36,522 bases of DNA from a virus: the UHGV virus genome UHGV-0118448, one strand, 5' to 3'. The position numbers and the translations under genes were made by a program. A model generated the notes under the pieces. That model saw only the letters and a list, made by a program, of their open reading frames with translations. It was not told the origin of the DNA and did no database searches. Positions 23,747 to 31,415 of this stretch are shown here, piece by piece. The stretch's first letter is position 1. Each line of letters opens with the position of its first letter.

Positions 23747-23919
23747 TTCCTCGCACGATGTCTTAGCCACCGGATATCCCACAGGTGAGCCGTGTAATTG
23801 AAGGTTTTTACGTCAGATTCTTTTGGGACTGGCTTGCGTTTATTTCTGGAGCGTTTCGTTGGAAGGTATTTGCAGTTTTCGCAGATGATGTCGGTGAAAC
23901 TTCGTCGCTGTCGCCTCAT
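23743..23919 (-). CDS. ninE: NinE (58 aa, not in ORF track)
   Basis: Hand translation [58 protein letters not shown]; AGGAGGT Shine-Dalgarno 6 nt upstream. Confidence 0.6.
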   Translation of the reverse strand: MRRQRRSFTDIICENCKYLPTKRSRNKRKPVPKESDVKTFNYTAHLWDIRWLRHRARK

Positions 23920-24326
23920 TCGTACCTCCTGTCGGTAAATCTGACACCATGACCAATAGCCCAGGCTGTTGTGTACTCGATAAGACTTGCCATACGCTTC
24001 ACACTCATCTGCGCGCTGCTTTCGCGAATGTTGACGTATTCGCCTTCAAGCCCGGGCAAAACATCAGCTTCCTGCTTTGTTGCCACTGCATGACCGCTAA
24101 TCAACAAAACCTTCCATTGTTCCGGTTTTAACCATTTGCCGCACCATTGAACCTGACGAGCGATATCCGCCAGCATCGCGTGAAATTTTGCGTTCTGGTC
24201 AAGGTTGCGCTTGTAGTCAGTAATGCGGATGGTGACTGGCTTGTCTTTATCGAGAGGAGTTTCGAGGATGGCGTTGATTGCGGCTTGCTGTTGTTGCTTA
24301 GTTCGGAGGAAGATTGTTTGCTTCAC
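23916..24326 (-). CDS. ninB: NinB / Orf recombination mediator
   Basis: [33 protein letters not shown] pattern parallels lambda NinB. Confidence 0.8.
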   Translation of the reverse strand: MKQTIFLRTKQQQQAAINAILETPLDKDKPVTIRITDYKRNLDQNAKFHAMLADIARQVQWCGKWLKPEQWKVLLISGHAVATKQEADVLPGLEGEYVNIRESSAQMSVKRMASLIEYTTAWAIGHGVRFTDRRYE

Positions 24327-24337
24327 TGAATACTCCT

Positions 24338-24529
24338 TTATTTTTTATGCCTGTAACCCCATTCTTCCAGCAACCTTGCGGCGTACCACCCAAGAAACAA
24401 AGGAAAGAACATTACAATGAGATATTCCCCGCCACGGTCAATGTTCGAAATTGACCAGATTACGATGTAACCAGTGCAGGACAGGAATATTACAAACCCC
24501 AAAAAGCTACTTCGTCGACTCATGCTCAC
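24338..24529 (-). CDS. Hypothetical small membrane protein
   Basis: 63 aa, two hydrophobic segments; start overlaps upstream stop. Confidence 0.35.
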   Translation of the reverse strand: MSMSRRSSFLGFVIFLSCTGYIVIWSISNIDRGGEYLIVMFFPLFLGWYAARLLEEWGYRHKK

Positions 24530-24834
24530 TCCTTCACTTTGATTCCAGCGGCGCGGATAGCCTCTACATCGCTTTCGTATTGCGATTCTGCACCTGAGTC
24601 ATAGCCAATGTGATAATCACCGGGAAGTGGGCCTTTCTTTGGCTTTTGCAGCTCAATCTCGATAGCTGCTCGCGATGCCTGCCATAAAGTCCACCACTCA
24701 TTTAAGGAGTGACGAATATCCATGCTTGAAAATGCGAAGTACCTATCACCATTTCTTGCCTCGGTTATCATCTCGAATGGTAATTTCAATTTTTTGGCAA
24801 CGTATTCCTCAAACTTCTTTCTTGATTCGTCCAT
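24526..24834 (-). CDS. Hypothetical protein (nin-region)
   Basis: 102-aa ORF in operon context between helicase and ninB. Confidence 0.5.
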   Translation of the reverse strand: MDESRKKFEEYVAKKLKLPFEMITEARNGDRYFAFSSMDIRHSLNEWWTLWQASRAAIEIELQKPKKGPLPGDYHIGYDSGAESQYESDVEAIRAAGIKVKE

Positions 24835-24851
24835 CGATACTTACCCTCAGT

Positions 24852-25058
24852 TCAACTCACAAAACGCCACGCCATTTTTGCTACAGCGACAGGCATAACA
24901 CCGATAATCACCCAGACAAATGTAGCGCCAAACAACGTATACCATGGATCTTTACCGTCATTCACAAGACGAATGTAGCTATGCAGAACAATAAAAAACG
25001 TCAGAAGAATCCATCCAACGCCAACGCATTTGAGTGCGACGAGCATAAACTCAACCAC
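24852..25058 (-). CDS. Hypothetical small membrane protein
   Basis: 68-aa hydrophobic ORF (GTG start in track; internal ATG possible). Confidence 0.3.
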   Translation of the reverse strand: MVEFMLVALKCVGVGWILLTFFIVLHSYIRLVNDGKDPWYTLFGATFVWVIIGVMPVAVAKMAWRFVS

Positions 25059-25133
25059 GATTTACTCTCCCCCAAATAAAAAGGCCTGCGATTACCAGCA
25101 GGCCTGTTATTAGCTCAGTGATGTAGATGGTCA

Positions 25134-26570
25134 TCAGAATCCTCCTTTCTTCTTGGACTGCGGTTCCTCGCGTTCACGGCGGCGCATTTCAGCAGACTGT
25201 TGGTCTGTGTCATAAATAGCGCCATTTGCCTGAATGCAATACACCGTGCCGGTATTGCCATGACGATTGAGGCGAAGGATTAGTTCGGTTTCACCAGGTG
25301 GAACACTGTCATCAAAAGCACCTTCACGATGGATCCCCACCCAATAATCACAATCCTGTTCAATCTGCCCTGTATCTCGTGAGTCACTTGGTAATGGGCG
25401 TTTATTGGTTCGGCTTTCCAGTGCGCGGTTAAGCTGTGTCAGAAGCACAACAACGCAATCAAGCTCTTTGGCAAGGTTCTTCAGTCCTTTGGTGATCATG
25501 CCGTAAGCAAGGTCGTTGCGATCGGCCTTCTCAGCAGTCATTAGTGTCAGGTAATCGACCAGAATCATGCCAACGCATCCTTTTTCTCGTTTGATTCGAC
25601 GGCTTTCGCTGACGATTTGAGCCAGAGATAATCCCGGCGTGTCGTCGATGTAAAGCAGGTCGATTTCACTCAAGCGATTGGCTGTTTCGATCGCCCTGTT
25701 GAAGTCACCATCGTAATCACCCTGATAGCCGTCATCGGCGTCATTTGTCGCCGGAAGGTAAAAAATATTCGGGTTAACACCAGACTTCTGCCCTACCAGT
25801 TTTTCCAGTATCTGATCACCGGGCATTTCAAGGCTGAACATCAGAGCGGGCTTTTTCTCATGCACTGCGCAGTTGATTGCCATCTGGCTGTATAGCGTCG
25901 TTTTCCCCATCTTAGGGCGAGCGCCAATGACAAACAGAGAGCCTTTCACCAGACCTTTCGGTGACAGCATCCTGTCCAGCGATGGGATCCCTGTGCTCAT
26001 TCCTCGTTGTTCGCCTGACGGGTCAAATCGCTTCTCAAGGTCGCTAACCCAGTCTTCCATGACCTCACCAAATGAGCGAAGGCCGCGACGCGATCCGGTT
26101 TTTGCATGGTCTGTCAGTTGCGTGAAAATCGACTGAATAGCTTCGTACTTCTGTGTTGCAGTCATTCCGTTGCGGGAATAGAGCAATTCCGTCGCTTCAG
26201 TCATGCGGTTGATGGCGTAGCGTTCCATTGCGGTTTCGCGAACCTGCATTGCATAAGCAACGATGTTTGCTGCGCTTGGCGTGTTCTTTGCGATCTCAGC
26301 GATATAAGCAAAACCGCCAACAGACGCCGTTAACGATTTACGCTCCAGTTCATCGAAAAGCGTCAGGCCATCTACTGGCTTTTGCTCACGGTGCATTCTG
26401 GTTATTTCTTCGAAAATGATTTTGTGTGGTCGGCTGTAAAATGAATCAGGCTTCAGCATCGCCAGAACTTTCTGGACGCGCTCACTGCTGTCATCATCCA
26501 GAAGCAATCCACCAATCACCGCCTGCTCTGCCTCGATGCTATGGGGCGGCGCATAAAAATTATCGGTCAT
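25134..26570 (-). CDS. Replicative DNA helicase (DnaB-like, P22 gene 12 type)
   Basis: PPHSIEAEQAVIGGLLLD N-terminal DnaB motif, Walker A GARPKMGKT; probable start at MTDNFYA. Confidence 0.9.
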   Translation of the reverse strand: MTDNFYAPPHSIEAEQAVIGGLLLDDDSSERVQKVLAMLKPDSFYSRPHKIIFEEITRMHREQKPVDGLTLFDELERKSLTASVGGFAYIAEIAKNTPSAANIVAYAMQVRETAMERYAINRMTEATELLYSRNGMTATQKYEAIQSIFTQLTDHAKTGSRRGLRSFGEVMEDWVSDLEKRFDPSGEQRGMSTGIPSLDRMLSPKGLVKGSLFVIGARPKMGKTTLYSQMAINCAVHEKKPALMFSLEMPGDQILEKLVGQKSGVNPNIFYLPATNDADDGYQGDYDGDFNRAIETANRLSEIDLLYIDDTPGLSLAQIVSESRRIKREKGCVGMILVDYLTLMTAEKADRNDLAYGMITKGLKNLAKELDCVVVLLTQLNRALESRTNKRPLPSDSRDTGQIEQDCDYWVGIHREGAFDDSVPPGETELILRLNRHGNTGTVYCIQANGAIYDTDQQSAEMRRREREEPQSKKKGGF

Positions 26571-27387
26571 CGTGTTCACCCTCACGAACTTTCAGGTAGG
26601 TATTATCGTTAAGCAGGAAATCAAATCCCTTTTTGTGCCAGACGGTTCCGCGTTGATGGTTTGGGCGCTCTTCGAACATCCATCGGCAATTTTCGCCTAC
26701 GTAGCTCAAATAATTTCTCCAGTCCTGCATCGTGAACCCATGCCCGTCAAGCTGGCGGGTTATCACTCCGGCTTTGCGCCAGAACGTTCGGATCTGGTTT
26801 TTACGCTTGTCATTCAGTGCGCGGATTTTTGGCGCTTCAGGAAGGATTTCGTGGTAAGCATCGACAACATCCTGACAGCTAACGGAAGGTTTTTTCTTGT
26901 CAGACTTTTTGTCTGCTGTGGCACTCTCTAATACGTCAGTATTAGAGATATTATTTATATTATTGTTTATGGACAACCGTTGGACAGCCGTTGGACAATC
27001 TCCGCTGAGAGCCGCGCCATTACTGGTGTTTGCGTTGGACAACCGTTGGACAACCGTTGGACAATTTTTTGCCTGAAAATCGTCATATTTAACGATTGTA
27101 AACAGGCTAAATTTCTTCCCCATCGAGCAAATATTAAGCATCCCTTTCGACTCAAAAGTCCGTAATAAGCTCCGAACTTTGTTGTCGGGGATGAATGTTT
27201 CTCTGACCAGCGACGGGCGTCCAGTTATCATCTGACCGCGATCAACAGTTATCGGACCGATATCCGTATTGACGACAGTAGATTCGTGATTAGCCTTGAG
27301 GATTAAGTGAAGCCAAAGATGTACTGCCTGAGAGTCCTTATAGAGCCTGCTGTCCATAAACTGGCGGTGTATAGAGACATACCCCAT
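26560..27387 (-). CDS. Replication initiation protein (O-like) containing the ori iterons
   Basis: Start at MGYVSIHRQ with AGGAGG Shine-Dalgarno; coding sequence carries direct repeats (CPTVVQRLS / CPTAVQRLS in protein) followed by an AT-rich stretch. Confidence 0.8.
   Translation of the reverse strand: MGYVSIHRQFMDSRLYKDSQAVHLWLHLILKANHESTVVNTDIGPITVDRGQMITGRPSLVRETFIPDNKVRSLLRTFESKGMLNICSMGKKFSLFTIVKYDDFQAKNCPTVVQRLSNANTSNGAALSGDCPTAVQRLSINNNINNISNTDVLESATADKKSDKKKPSVSCQDVVDAYHEILPEAPKIRALNDKRKNQIRTFWRKAGVITRQLDGHGFTMQDWRNYLSYVGENCRWMFEERPNHQRGTVWHKKGFDFLLNDNTYLKVREGEHDDR
26974..27110. repeat. Origin of replication: about six CGTTGGACAA iterons in two clusters plus AT-rich region
   Basis: ggacaaccgttggacagccgttggacaatc ... 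gcgttggacaaccgttggacaaccgttggacaatttttt then AT-rich tract, inside the O-like gene as in lambda ori. Confidence 0.75.
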
Positions 27388-27436
27388 ACTGGATGCCTCC
27401 TGATGTTGTACAGGGTTATGCCTGTAATCAGCTAAC

Positions 27437-27598
27437 TTAACGACGCCCATGTTTCACTCCTGCTTTGGCTAGTCTGTAAACACCAACAAGGCGCTCTGCG
27501 AACGCCCTGTTATTTGCTGCGGCTACCACTAATCCCTCAGGTGAATCAGGGTGTCGAATCTCTTCTTTTTCCTGGTATTTCTTACGACGTTTTGTCAT
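27437..27598 (-). CDS. Hypothetical small basic protein (53 aa) between cII and O-like gene
   Basis: Hand translation MTKRRKKYQEKEEIRHPDSPEGLVVAAANNRAFAERLVGVYRLAKAGVKHGRR; AGGAG Shine-Dalgarno 5 nt upstream. Confidence 0.3.
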   Translation of the reverse strand: MTKRRKKYQEKEEIRHPDSPEGLVVAAANNRAFAERLVGVYRLAKAGVKHGRR

Positions 27599-27633
27599 AA
27601 TTACTCCTGTGGATTGATCCAGTCTTTCTACAA

Positions 27634-27915
27634 TCAGGCCTCGAAGAATTCGCCGTTCTTCGGGGCTTTTTCTTTTGTCAGGTAATCGGCAAGTCGCTTA
27701 GTCAATTCAGCCATTTCATCGTCTTCGATTCCGTATTCCAGAACAGCCAGCATCATGCTTACCTGCGAGAAGAAACCATTCTTCCATCGGCTTACCTGGT
27801 ATTCAGGAACCCCCATCGCGCGAGCGAATGTCTTCTGCCCCATAAGTGCCAGTTTGTTCAGCAAGGCTGACTCGATGCGAGCCGCTTTCTTGCTTTTAGT
27901 TGCAATAGTACCCAT
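27634..27915 (-). CDS. cII: CII-like transcriptional activator
   Basis: ARIESALLNKLALMG...VSRWK...MLAVLEYGIEDDEMAEL parallels lambda CII. Confidence 0.85.
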   Translation of the reverse strand: MGTIATKSKKAARIESALLNKLALMGQKTFARAMGVPEYQVSRWKNGFFSQVSMMLAVLEYGIEDDEMAELTKRLADYLTKEKAPKNGEFFEA

Positions 27916-27991
27916 AGATAATTTCCTTAATGATTAGATAGAGTTGGCTTCGCAAAGAAACGCAAAACCATAGAGATTTGTTTCTGGTAAT

Positions 27992-28023
27992 GCCCTTTTT
28001 CAGGGCGGGGATGTGTAAGAGCG
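27992..28023 (-). promoter_or_regulatory. nutR (boxA CGCTCTTA, boxB GCCCTGAAAAAGGGC)
   Basis: Minus strand reads cgctcttacacatccccgccctgaaaaagggc between cro and cII. Confidence 0.8.
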
Positions 28024-28031
28024 TTAATAAC

Positions 28032-28262
28032 TTAAGCGGCCATTAATTCAGGCCAGATGCTTTCCCAATCAACCGGATGAAGGTCTTTGCGAGTTACTTC
28101 ACCATTGCTGAACTTCTCAATCAGAACACAAAGTGCTGCGCCCAATTCATGATTACGGCTAAGTGCTTTCCTCAAATAGCCGATAGAAGTTCCGCACTTG
28201 GTGGCAAATTCTCTCTGCTCTTCCAGTGAAAGGGAGTTCAGATACAAGCGGAGTTCTTCCAT
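28032..28262 (-). CDS. cro: Cro-like repressor (non-lambda HTH type)
   Basis: 76 aa, divergent from cI across the operator region; AGGAG Shine-Dalgarno; HTH-like QREFATKCGTSIGYLRKAL. Confidence 0.75.
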   Translation of the reverse strand: MEELRLYLNSLSLEEQREFATKCGTSIGYLRKALSRNHELGAALCVLIEKFSNGEVTRKDLHPVDWESIWPELMAA

Positions 28263-28294
28263 TTGCTATCTCCTTCCCGTTGTTGAATAAGGTG

Positions 28295-28364
28295 AGTTTA
28301 CCTGTAGGTAAAAGGCAAATCAATACCCATAGGTTATTTACCGACAGGTAATCAAAGATAGAAT
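28295..28364. promoter_or_regulatory. Right operator/promoter region: operators TTACCTGTAGGTAA (28298-28311) and TTACCGACAGGTAA (28338-28351); candidate pR (-10 at 28295-28300, -35 at 28318-28323, minus strand) and pRM (-10 TAGAAT 28359-28364, leaderless cI)
   Basis: Two 14-bp palindromes of form TTACC-N4-GGTAA between divergent cro and cI; promoter hexamers placed by spacing. Confidence 0.65.
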
Positions 28365-28370
28365 TAAATC

Positions 28371-29057
28371 ATGGATAAATACGAACAAAGACGACTAAGG
28401 CTGATAGAGATAAGAGACCGATTCTGTAATGGAAAGGCCTCAGAGTTGGCTCGTCGAATAGAAAGGGAACCATCATACGTTTCCAGAATGCTGTATCCGG
28501 AAGGAAAAAGCGGAAAAAAACGCATTGCTGACGATATGATGGAACTAATTGAAAAATCTTTTAATCTCCCACGCGGATGGATGGACATGCTTGTAGATGG
28601 TAAAGCTGGAGCTACAGACCATCTTGAGTTTGCGGGTAACGTTCGTGCGGGTTTTGTTCCGGTAATTGGTGAAGCCGTTTTGGGAGTTGATGGCTCAGTG
28701 GATATGATTGAATTCAGATCCGGTTGGTTAAGCATCTACAGCGGCGATAAAGATGCTTACGGTCTGAAGGTTAAGGGTGACAGCATGTGGCCAAGGATTC
28801 AGTCAGGAGAATATGTTGTTATTGAACCAAATACGCCAGTACATCCAGGTGATGAAGTCTTTGTAAGGACCAAAGACGGTCACAACATGATAAAGATCAT
28901 GAACAAAACAAGAGACGGTGATTATCAGTTTAGTAGCATAAACAGTGATCACCGCCCAATCACTCTTCCTGTTGAAGAAGTTGATAAAATGCATTTTGTT
29001 TCAGCTATTGTGAAACACACCAGGTACGTAGACCAGGACGATCTGCCAAAAGTTTGA
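28371..29057 (+). CDS. cI: CI repressor with C-terminal S24 (LexA-like) autocleavage domain
   Basis: N-terminal HTH region; C-terminal GDSMWP Ser nucleophile motif and downstream Lys; no Shine-Dalgarno (leaderless, as lambda cI). Confidence 0.9.
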   Translation: MDKYEQRRLRLIEIRDRFCNGKASELARRIEREPSYVSRMLYPEGKSGKKRIADDMMELIEKSFNLPRGWMDMLVDGKAGATDHLEFAGNVRAGFVPVIGEAVLGVDGSVDMIEFRSGWLSIYSGDKDAYGLKVKGDSMWPRIQSGEYVVIEPNTPVHPGDEVFVRTKDGHNMIKIMNKTRDGDYQFSSINSDHRPITLPVEEVDKMHFVSAIVKHTRYVDQDDLPKV

Positions 29058-29071
29058 GGATAAAGCAGCAA

Positions 29072-29368
29072 ATGTTTATACCCGGCATAGTAGTCGCTGT
29101 TGTAATCATCTGCTTCATATGGGCAAAGTTATCTCCTGTAAGCTCTAAGCATACAGCTGAACTCATGAGGAAGAAGCATCTTATACATGAGGCAGAATCG
29201 ATAATTAAAAAGTTCAAAGGCATGTCATACGACGACATGTCATCAGAGCAGATTGCTATGTATAAATGCGCCATTGAGCGCCTTGACTACTTAAACGGAC
29301 TCAAACCCAAACACACCCCAGTAGAATCAAAATTGCCGCAATGGCCAGGCAATCCAAATAGCTTCTGA
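29072..29368 (+). CDS. Small membrane-anchored protein co-transcribed with cI (rexAB-slot accessory gene)
   Basis: MFIPGIVVAVVIICFIWAKL N-terminal TM helix then soluble 75-aa domain; immediately follows cI stop; followed by strong terminator. Confidence 0.6.
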   Translation: MFIPGIVVAVVIICFIWAKLSPVSSKHTAELMRKKHLIHEAESIIKKFKGMSYDDMSSEQIAMYKCAIERLDYLNGLKPKHTPVESKLPQWPGNPNSF

Positions 29369-29379
29369 CATCTCCTTTC

Positions 29380-29404
29380 AGCCCGCAAAGCGGGCTTTTT
29401 TATA
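29380..29404 (+). terminator. Intrinsic terminator ending the cI operon
   Basis: agcccgc-aaa-gcgggct followed by ttttttat. Confidence 0.85.
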
Positions 29405-29464
29405 TCAATCCAAAAAATTAATTACCTGAAAATTCAAGCAGGTAAACTCTCACATCAATTTTAT

Positions 29465-29506
29465 TTACCTACAGGTATAGACAGCGGTTTTACCTGTAGG
29501 TATATT
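29465..29506 (+). promoter_or_regulatory. Left operator/promoter: operators TTACCTACAGGTAT (29465-29478) and TTACCTGTAGGTAT (29490-29503); candidate pL -35 TAGACA (29478-29483), -10 TATATT (29501-29506)
   Basis: Same TTACC-N4-GGTA family as the right operators, overlapping promoter hexamers with 17-bp spacing. Confidence 0.65.
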
Positions 29507-29546
29507 TTAAGCCATCAGCAGGACGCACTAACCACCATGAAGGTGA

Positions 29547-29577
29547 TGCTCTTAAAAATTAAGCCCTGAAGAAGGGC
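29547..29577 (+). promoter_or_regulatory. nutL (boxA TGCTCTTA, boxB GCCCTGAAGAAGGGC)
   Basis: gatgctcttaaaaattaagccctgaagaagggc upstream of N; boxB identical to lambda nutL as recalled. Confidence 0.85.
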
Positions 29578-29734
29578 AGCATTCAAAGCAGAAGGCTTTG
29601 GTGTGTGTGATACGAAACGAAGCATTGGCCGGAAGTGCGAATCCGGATTAGCTGCCAATGTGCCATTGCGGGGTGTTTTCGTTCAGGACTACGACTCCCA
29701 CACACAACCAAAGCTAACTGACAGGAGAATCCAG

Positions 29735-30061
29735 ATGGATGCACAAACACGCCGCCGCGAACGTCGCGCAGAGAAACAGGCTCAATGGAAAGCAGCAAAT
29801 CCCCTGTTGGTTGGGGTAAGCGCAAAACCAGTTAACCGCCCTATTCTCTCGCTGAATCGCAAACCGAAATCACGAGTAGAAAGCGCACTGAATCCGATAG
29901 ACCTTACAGTGCTGGCTGAATACCACGAACAGATTGAAAGCAACCTGCAACGTATTGAACGCAAGAATCAGCGCACATGGTACAGCAAGCCACGTAGTGA
30001 AATGGGTGTGACTTGTGTTGGTCGCCAGAAAATGAAATTAGGCAGCAAACCACTTATTTGA
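29735..30061 (+). CDS. N: Antiterminator N (lambda-type, 107 aa from internal Met)
   Basis: MDAQTRRRERRAEKQAQWKAANPLLVGVSAKPVNRPILSLNRKPKSRVESALNPIDLTVLAEYH... essentially lambda N; Arg-rich motif. Confidence 0.9.
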   Translation: MDAQTRRRERRAEKQAQWKAANPLLVGVSAKPVNRPILSLNRKPKSRVESALNPIDLTVLAEYHEQIESNLQRIERKNQRTWYSKPRSEMGVTCVGRQKMKLGSKPLI

Positions 30062-30069
30062 GGTGAGAT

Positions 30070-30156
30070 ATGGAAGAAGAATTTGAAGAGTTCGAAGAGC
30101 ATCCTCAAGATGTGATGGAACAATACCAGGACTATCCGTATGACTACGACTATTGA
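30070..30156 (+). CDS. Possible 28-aa highly acidic peptide (MEEEFEEFEEHPQDVMEQYQDYPYDYDY)
   Basis: ATG 5 nt after AGGT; overlaps ral start by 17 nt; short, so coding status uncertain. Confidence 0.25.
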   Translation: MEEEFEEFEEHPQDVMEQYQDYPYDYDY

Positions 30157-30340
30157 TACAAATCAATGGTGTGGACAATTCAAACGATGCAATGGATGCA
30201 AGCTGCAATCGGAATGCATGGTTAAGCCTGAAGAAATGTTTCCTGTAATGGAAGATGGGAAATATGTCGATAAATGGGCAATACGAACGACGGCAATGAT
30301 TGCCAGAGAACTTGGTAAACAGAATAACAAGGCTGCCTGA
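30140..30340 (+). CDS. ral: Restriction alleviation protein Ral
   Basis: 66 aa MTTTIDTNQWCGQFKRCNGCKLQSECMVKPEEMFPVMEDGKYVDKW... essentially lambda Ral. Confidence 0.9.
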   Translation: MTTTIDTNQWCGQFKRCNGCKLQSECMVKPEEMFPVMEDGKYVDKWAIRTTAMIARELGKQNNKAA

Positions 30341-30379
30341 TGGTGGCCTTTATTTTTAGCATAAACAACAGAGGCTAAC

Positions 30380-30649
30380 ATGGAATTTAAAGGTACTAGG
30401 AAAAATTGGCGAGAAGCCAATTTTGCAGGCTTAATTTTATTTTCACACCCGGGAATGGCCCTATCCGGTAAAGAAACAGAAGAGGCCGTAGCAAATGGAA
30501 GGTTGGCTATGGCTGCACCGGATTTACTTGAAGCACTTCAGTTATTACTTAAGCAAGCCGAAAATAGAACAACGACAACATATCCAGAATGGTATGGAGC
30601 TGTTAATAAGGCTCGCGAAGCTATCAAAAAAGCCCTAGGTGATGAGTAA
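30380..30649 (+). CDS. Hypothetical protein (AT-rich insertion, first gene)
   Basis: 89 aa, GAGG Shine-Dalgarno; low-GC relative to flanks. Confidence 0.5.
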   Translation: MEFKGTRKNWREANFAGLILFSHPGMALSGKETEEAVANGRLAMAAPDLLEALQLLLKQAENRTTTTYPEWYGAVNKAREAIKKALGDE

Positions 30650-30807
30650 TGAATAAGAGATACATCGTTGAAGTTATAGAGCGAGAAACAAAAGAAGTAA
30701 TTAAACATTTCGAATTTGATAATTATAGAAAAGCTGACCGAGTAGAAGAAGGATTGTTGCGACAAAGTAATCTCGAAAAATTTGATGTTGTCATGCGATG
30801 CGAATAA
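30649..30807 (+). CDS. Hypothetical protein (AT-rich insertion, second gene; TAATG-coupled)
   Basis: Hand translation MNKRYIVEVIERETKEVIKHFEFDNYRKADRVEEGLLRQSNLEKFDVVMRCE; start overlaps upstream stop. Confidence 0.4.
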   Translation: MNKRYIVEVIERETKEVIKHFEFDNYRKADRVEEGLLRQSNLEKFDVVMRCE

Positions 30808-30900
30808 GCGCCTATAGCAGATTTACGAGTCTGCTATGTGAGCAATGTCGCTCGTAACTAAACAGGAGCCGACTTGTTCTGATTATTGGAAATCTTCTTC

Positions 30901-30926
30901 GCCCTCCAGTGTGAGGGCTTTTTTAT
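30901..30926 (+). terminator. Intrinsic terminator after AT-rich insertion
   Basis: gccctc-cagtgt-gagggc followed by tttttta. Confidence 0.7.
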
Positions 30927-30990
30927 ATGCATACCAATAACGCTTCACTTGAGGCGTTTTCGTTATGCAATCAAACAGAAGGAGCATCCT

Positions 30991-31161
30991 ATGCAACAGT
31001 TCGCTATTGCAGGGGCGGCATCGGTTCGCCCTTTCAACCCGATTTTATCGGTACAGCATTCACGAAAAAATATTTTAACCGGAGCAGACTTTAAACAACC
31101 AAGAATGAAAAGTTTGCTCGAAAAGCTTTGGGATATTTTGAAACAACAAGGCCGCCCATGA
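30991..31161 (+). CDS. cIII: CIII-like protease inhibitor (56 aa)
   Basis: MQQFAIAGA... N-terminus and amphipathic KSLLEKLWDILKQQG region parallel lambda CIII; AAGGAG Shine-Dalgarno. Confidence 0.7.
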   Translation: MQQFAIAGAASVRPFNPILSVQHSRKNILTGADFKQPRMKSLLEKLWDILKQQGRP

Positions 31162-31316
31162 GTTTTACAGATAACTGGTCAGACGAAGAATTCATTCGTC
31201 AGATGAAAGAATTAATCGGTAACGAAGGAGATATTCATGTCACTTGCAACCACAGTGAAGGAGAGCAAGTTACAGAGACGCATGTACACGCAGAAAGCTC
31301 TCTGGTATCGCCATAA
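31158..31316 (+). CDS. Small protein after cIII (Kil position)
   Basis: ATGA-coupled start MSFTDNWSDEEF...; position-based only. Confidence 0.35.
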   Translation: MSFTDNWSDEEFIRQMKELIGNEGDIHVTCNHSEGEQVTETHVHAESSLVSP

Positions 31317-31415
31317 TGGTGACCGCGAAGGAATGCGGGTATGCCTTAATTTGTCCCGAGTCGAAGTATTAAATCAGCGTTATTTCCTTGGGCCGTGTCC
31401 ATTCTGAGGTGAATT

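Noticed and set aside
26974-27075. Possible CRISPR array suggested by the short direct repeats
   Set aside because: Repeats are only about 11 bp with no regular spacers, lie inside the replication initiator gene and are followed by an AT-rich tract; this is an iteron origin.
29603-29734. 44-aa N-terminal extension on N in the ORF track
   Set aside because: The extension runs through nutL boxA/boxB, which must be RNA; lambda N starts at MDAQTRRRERR.
30886-30990. Upstream extension of the cIII ORF (MEIFFALQCEGFFICIPITL...)
   Set aside because: It spans an intrinsic terminator hairpin and lacks a ribosome-binding site; the real start is MQQFAIAG with an AAGGAG Shine-Dalgarno.
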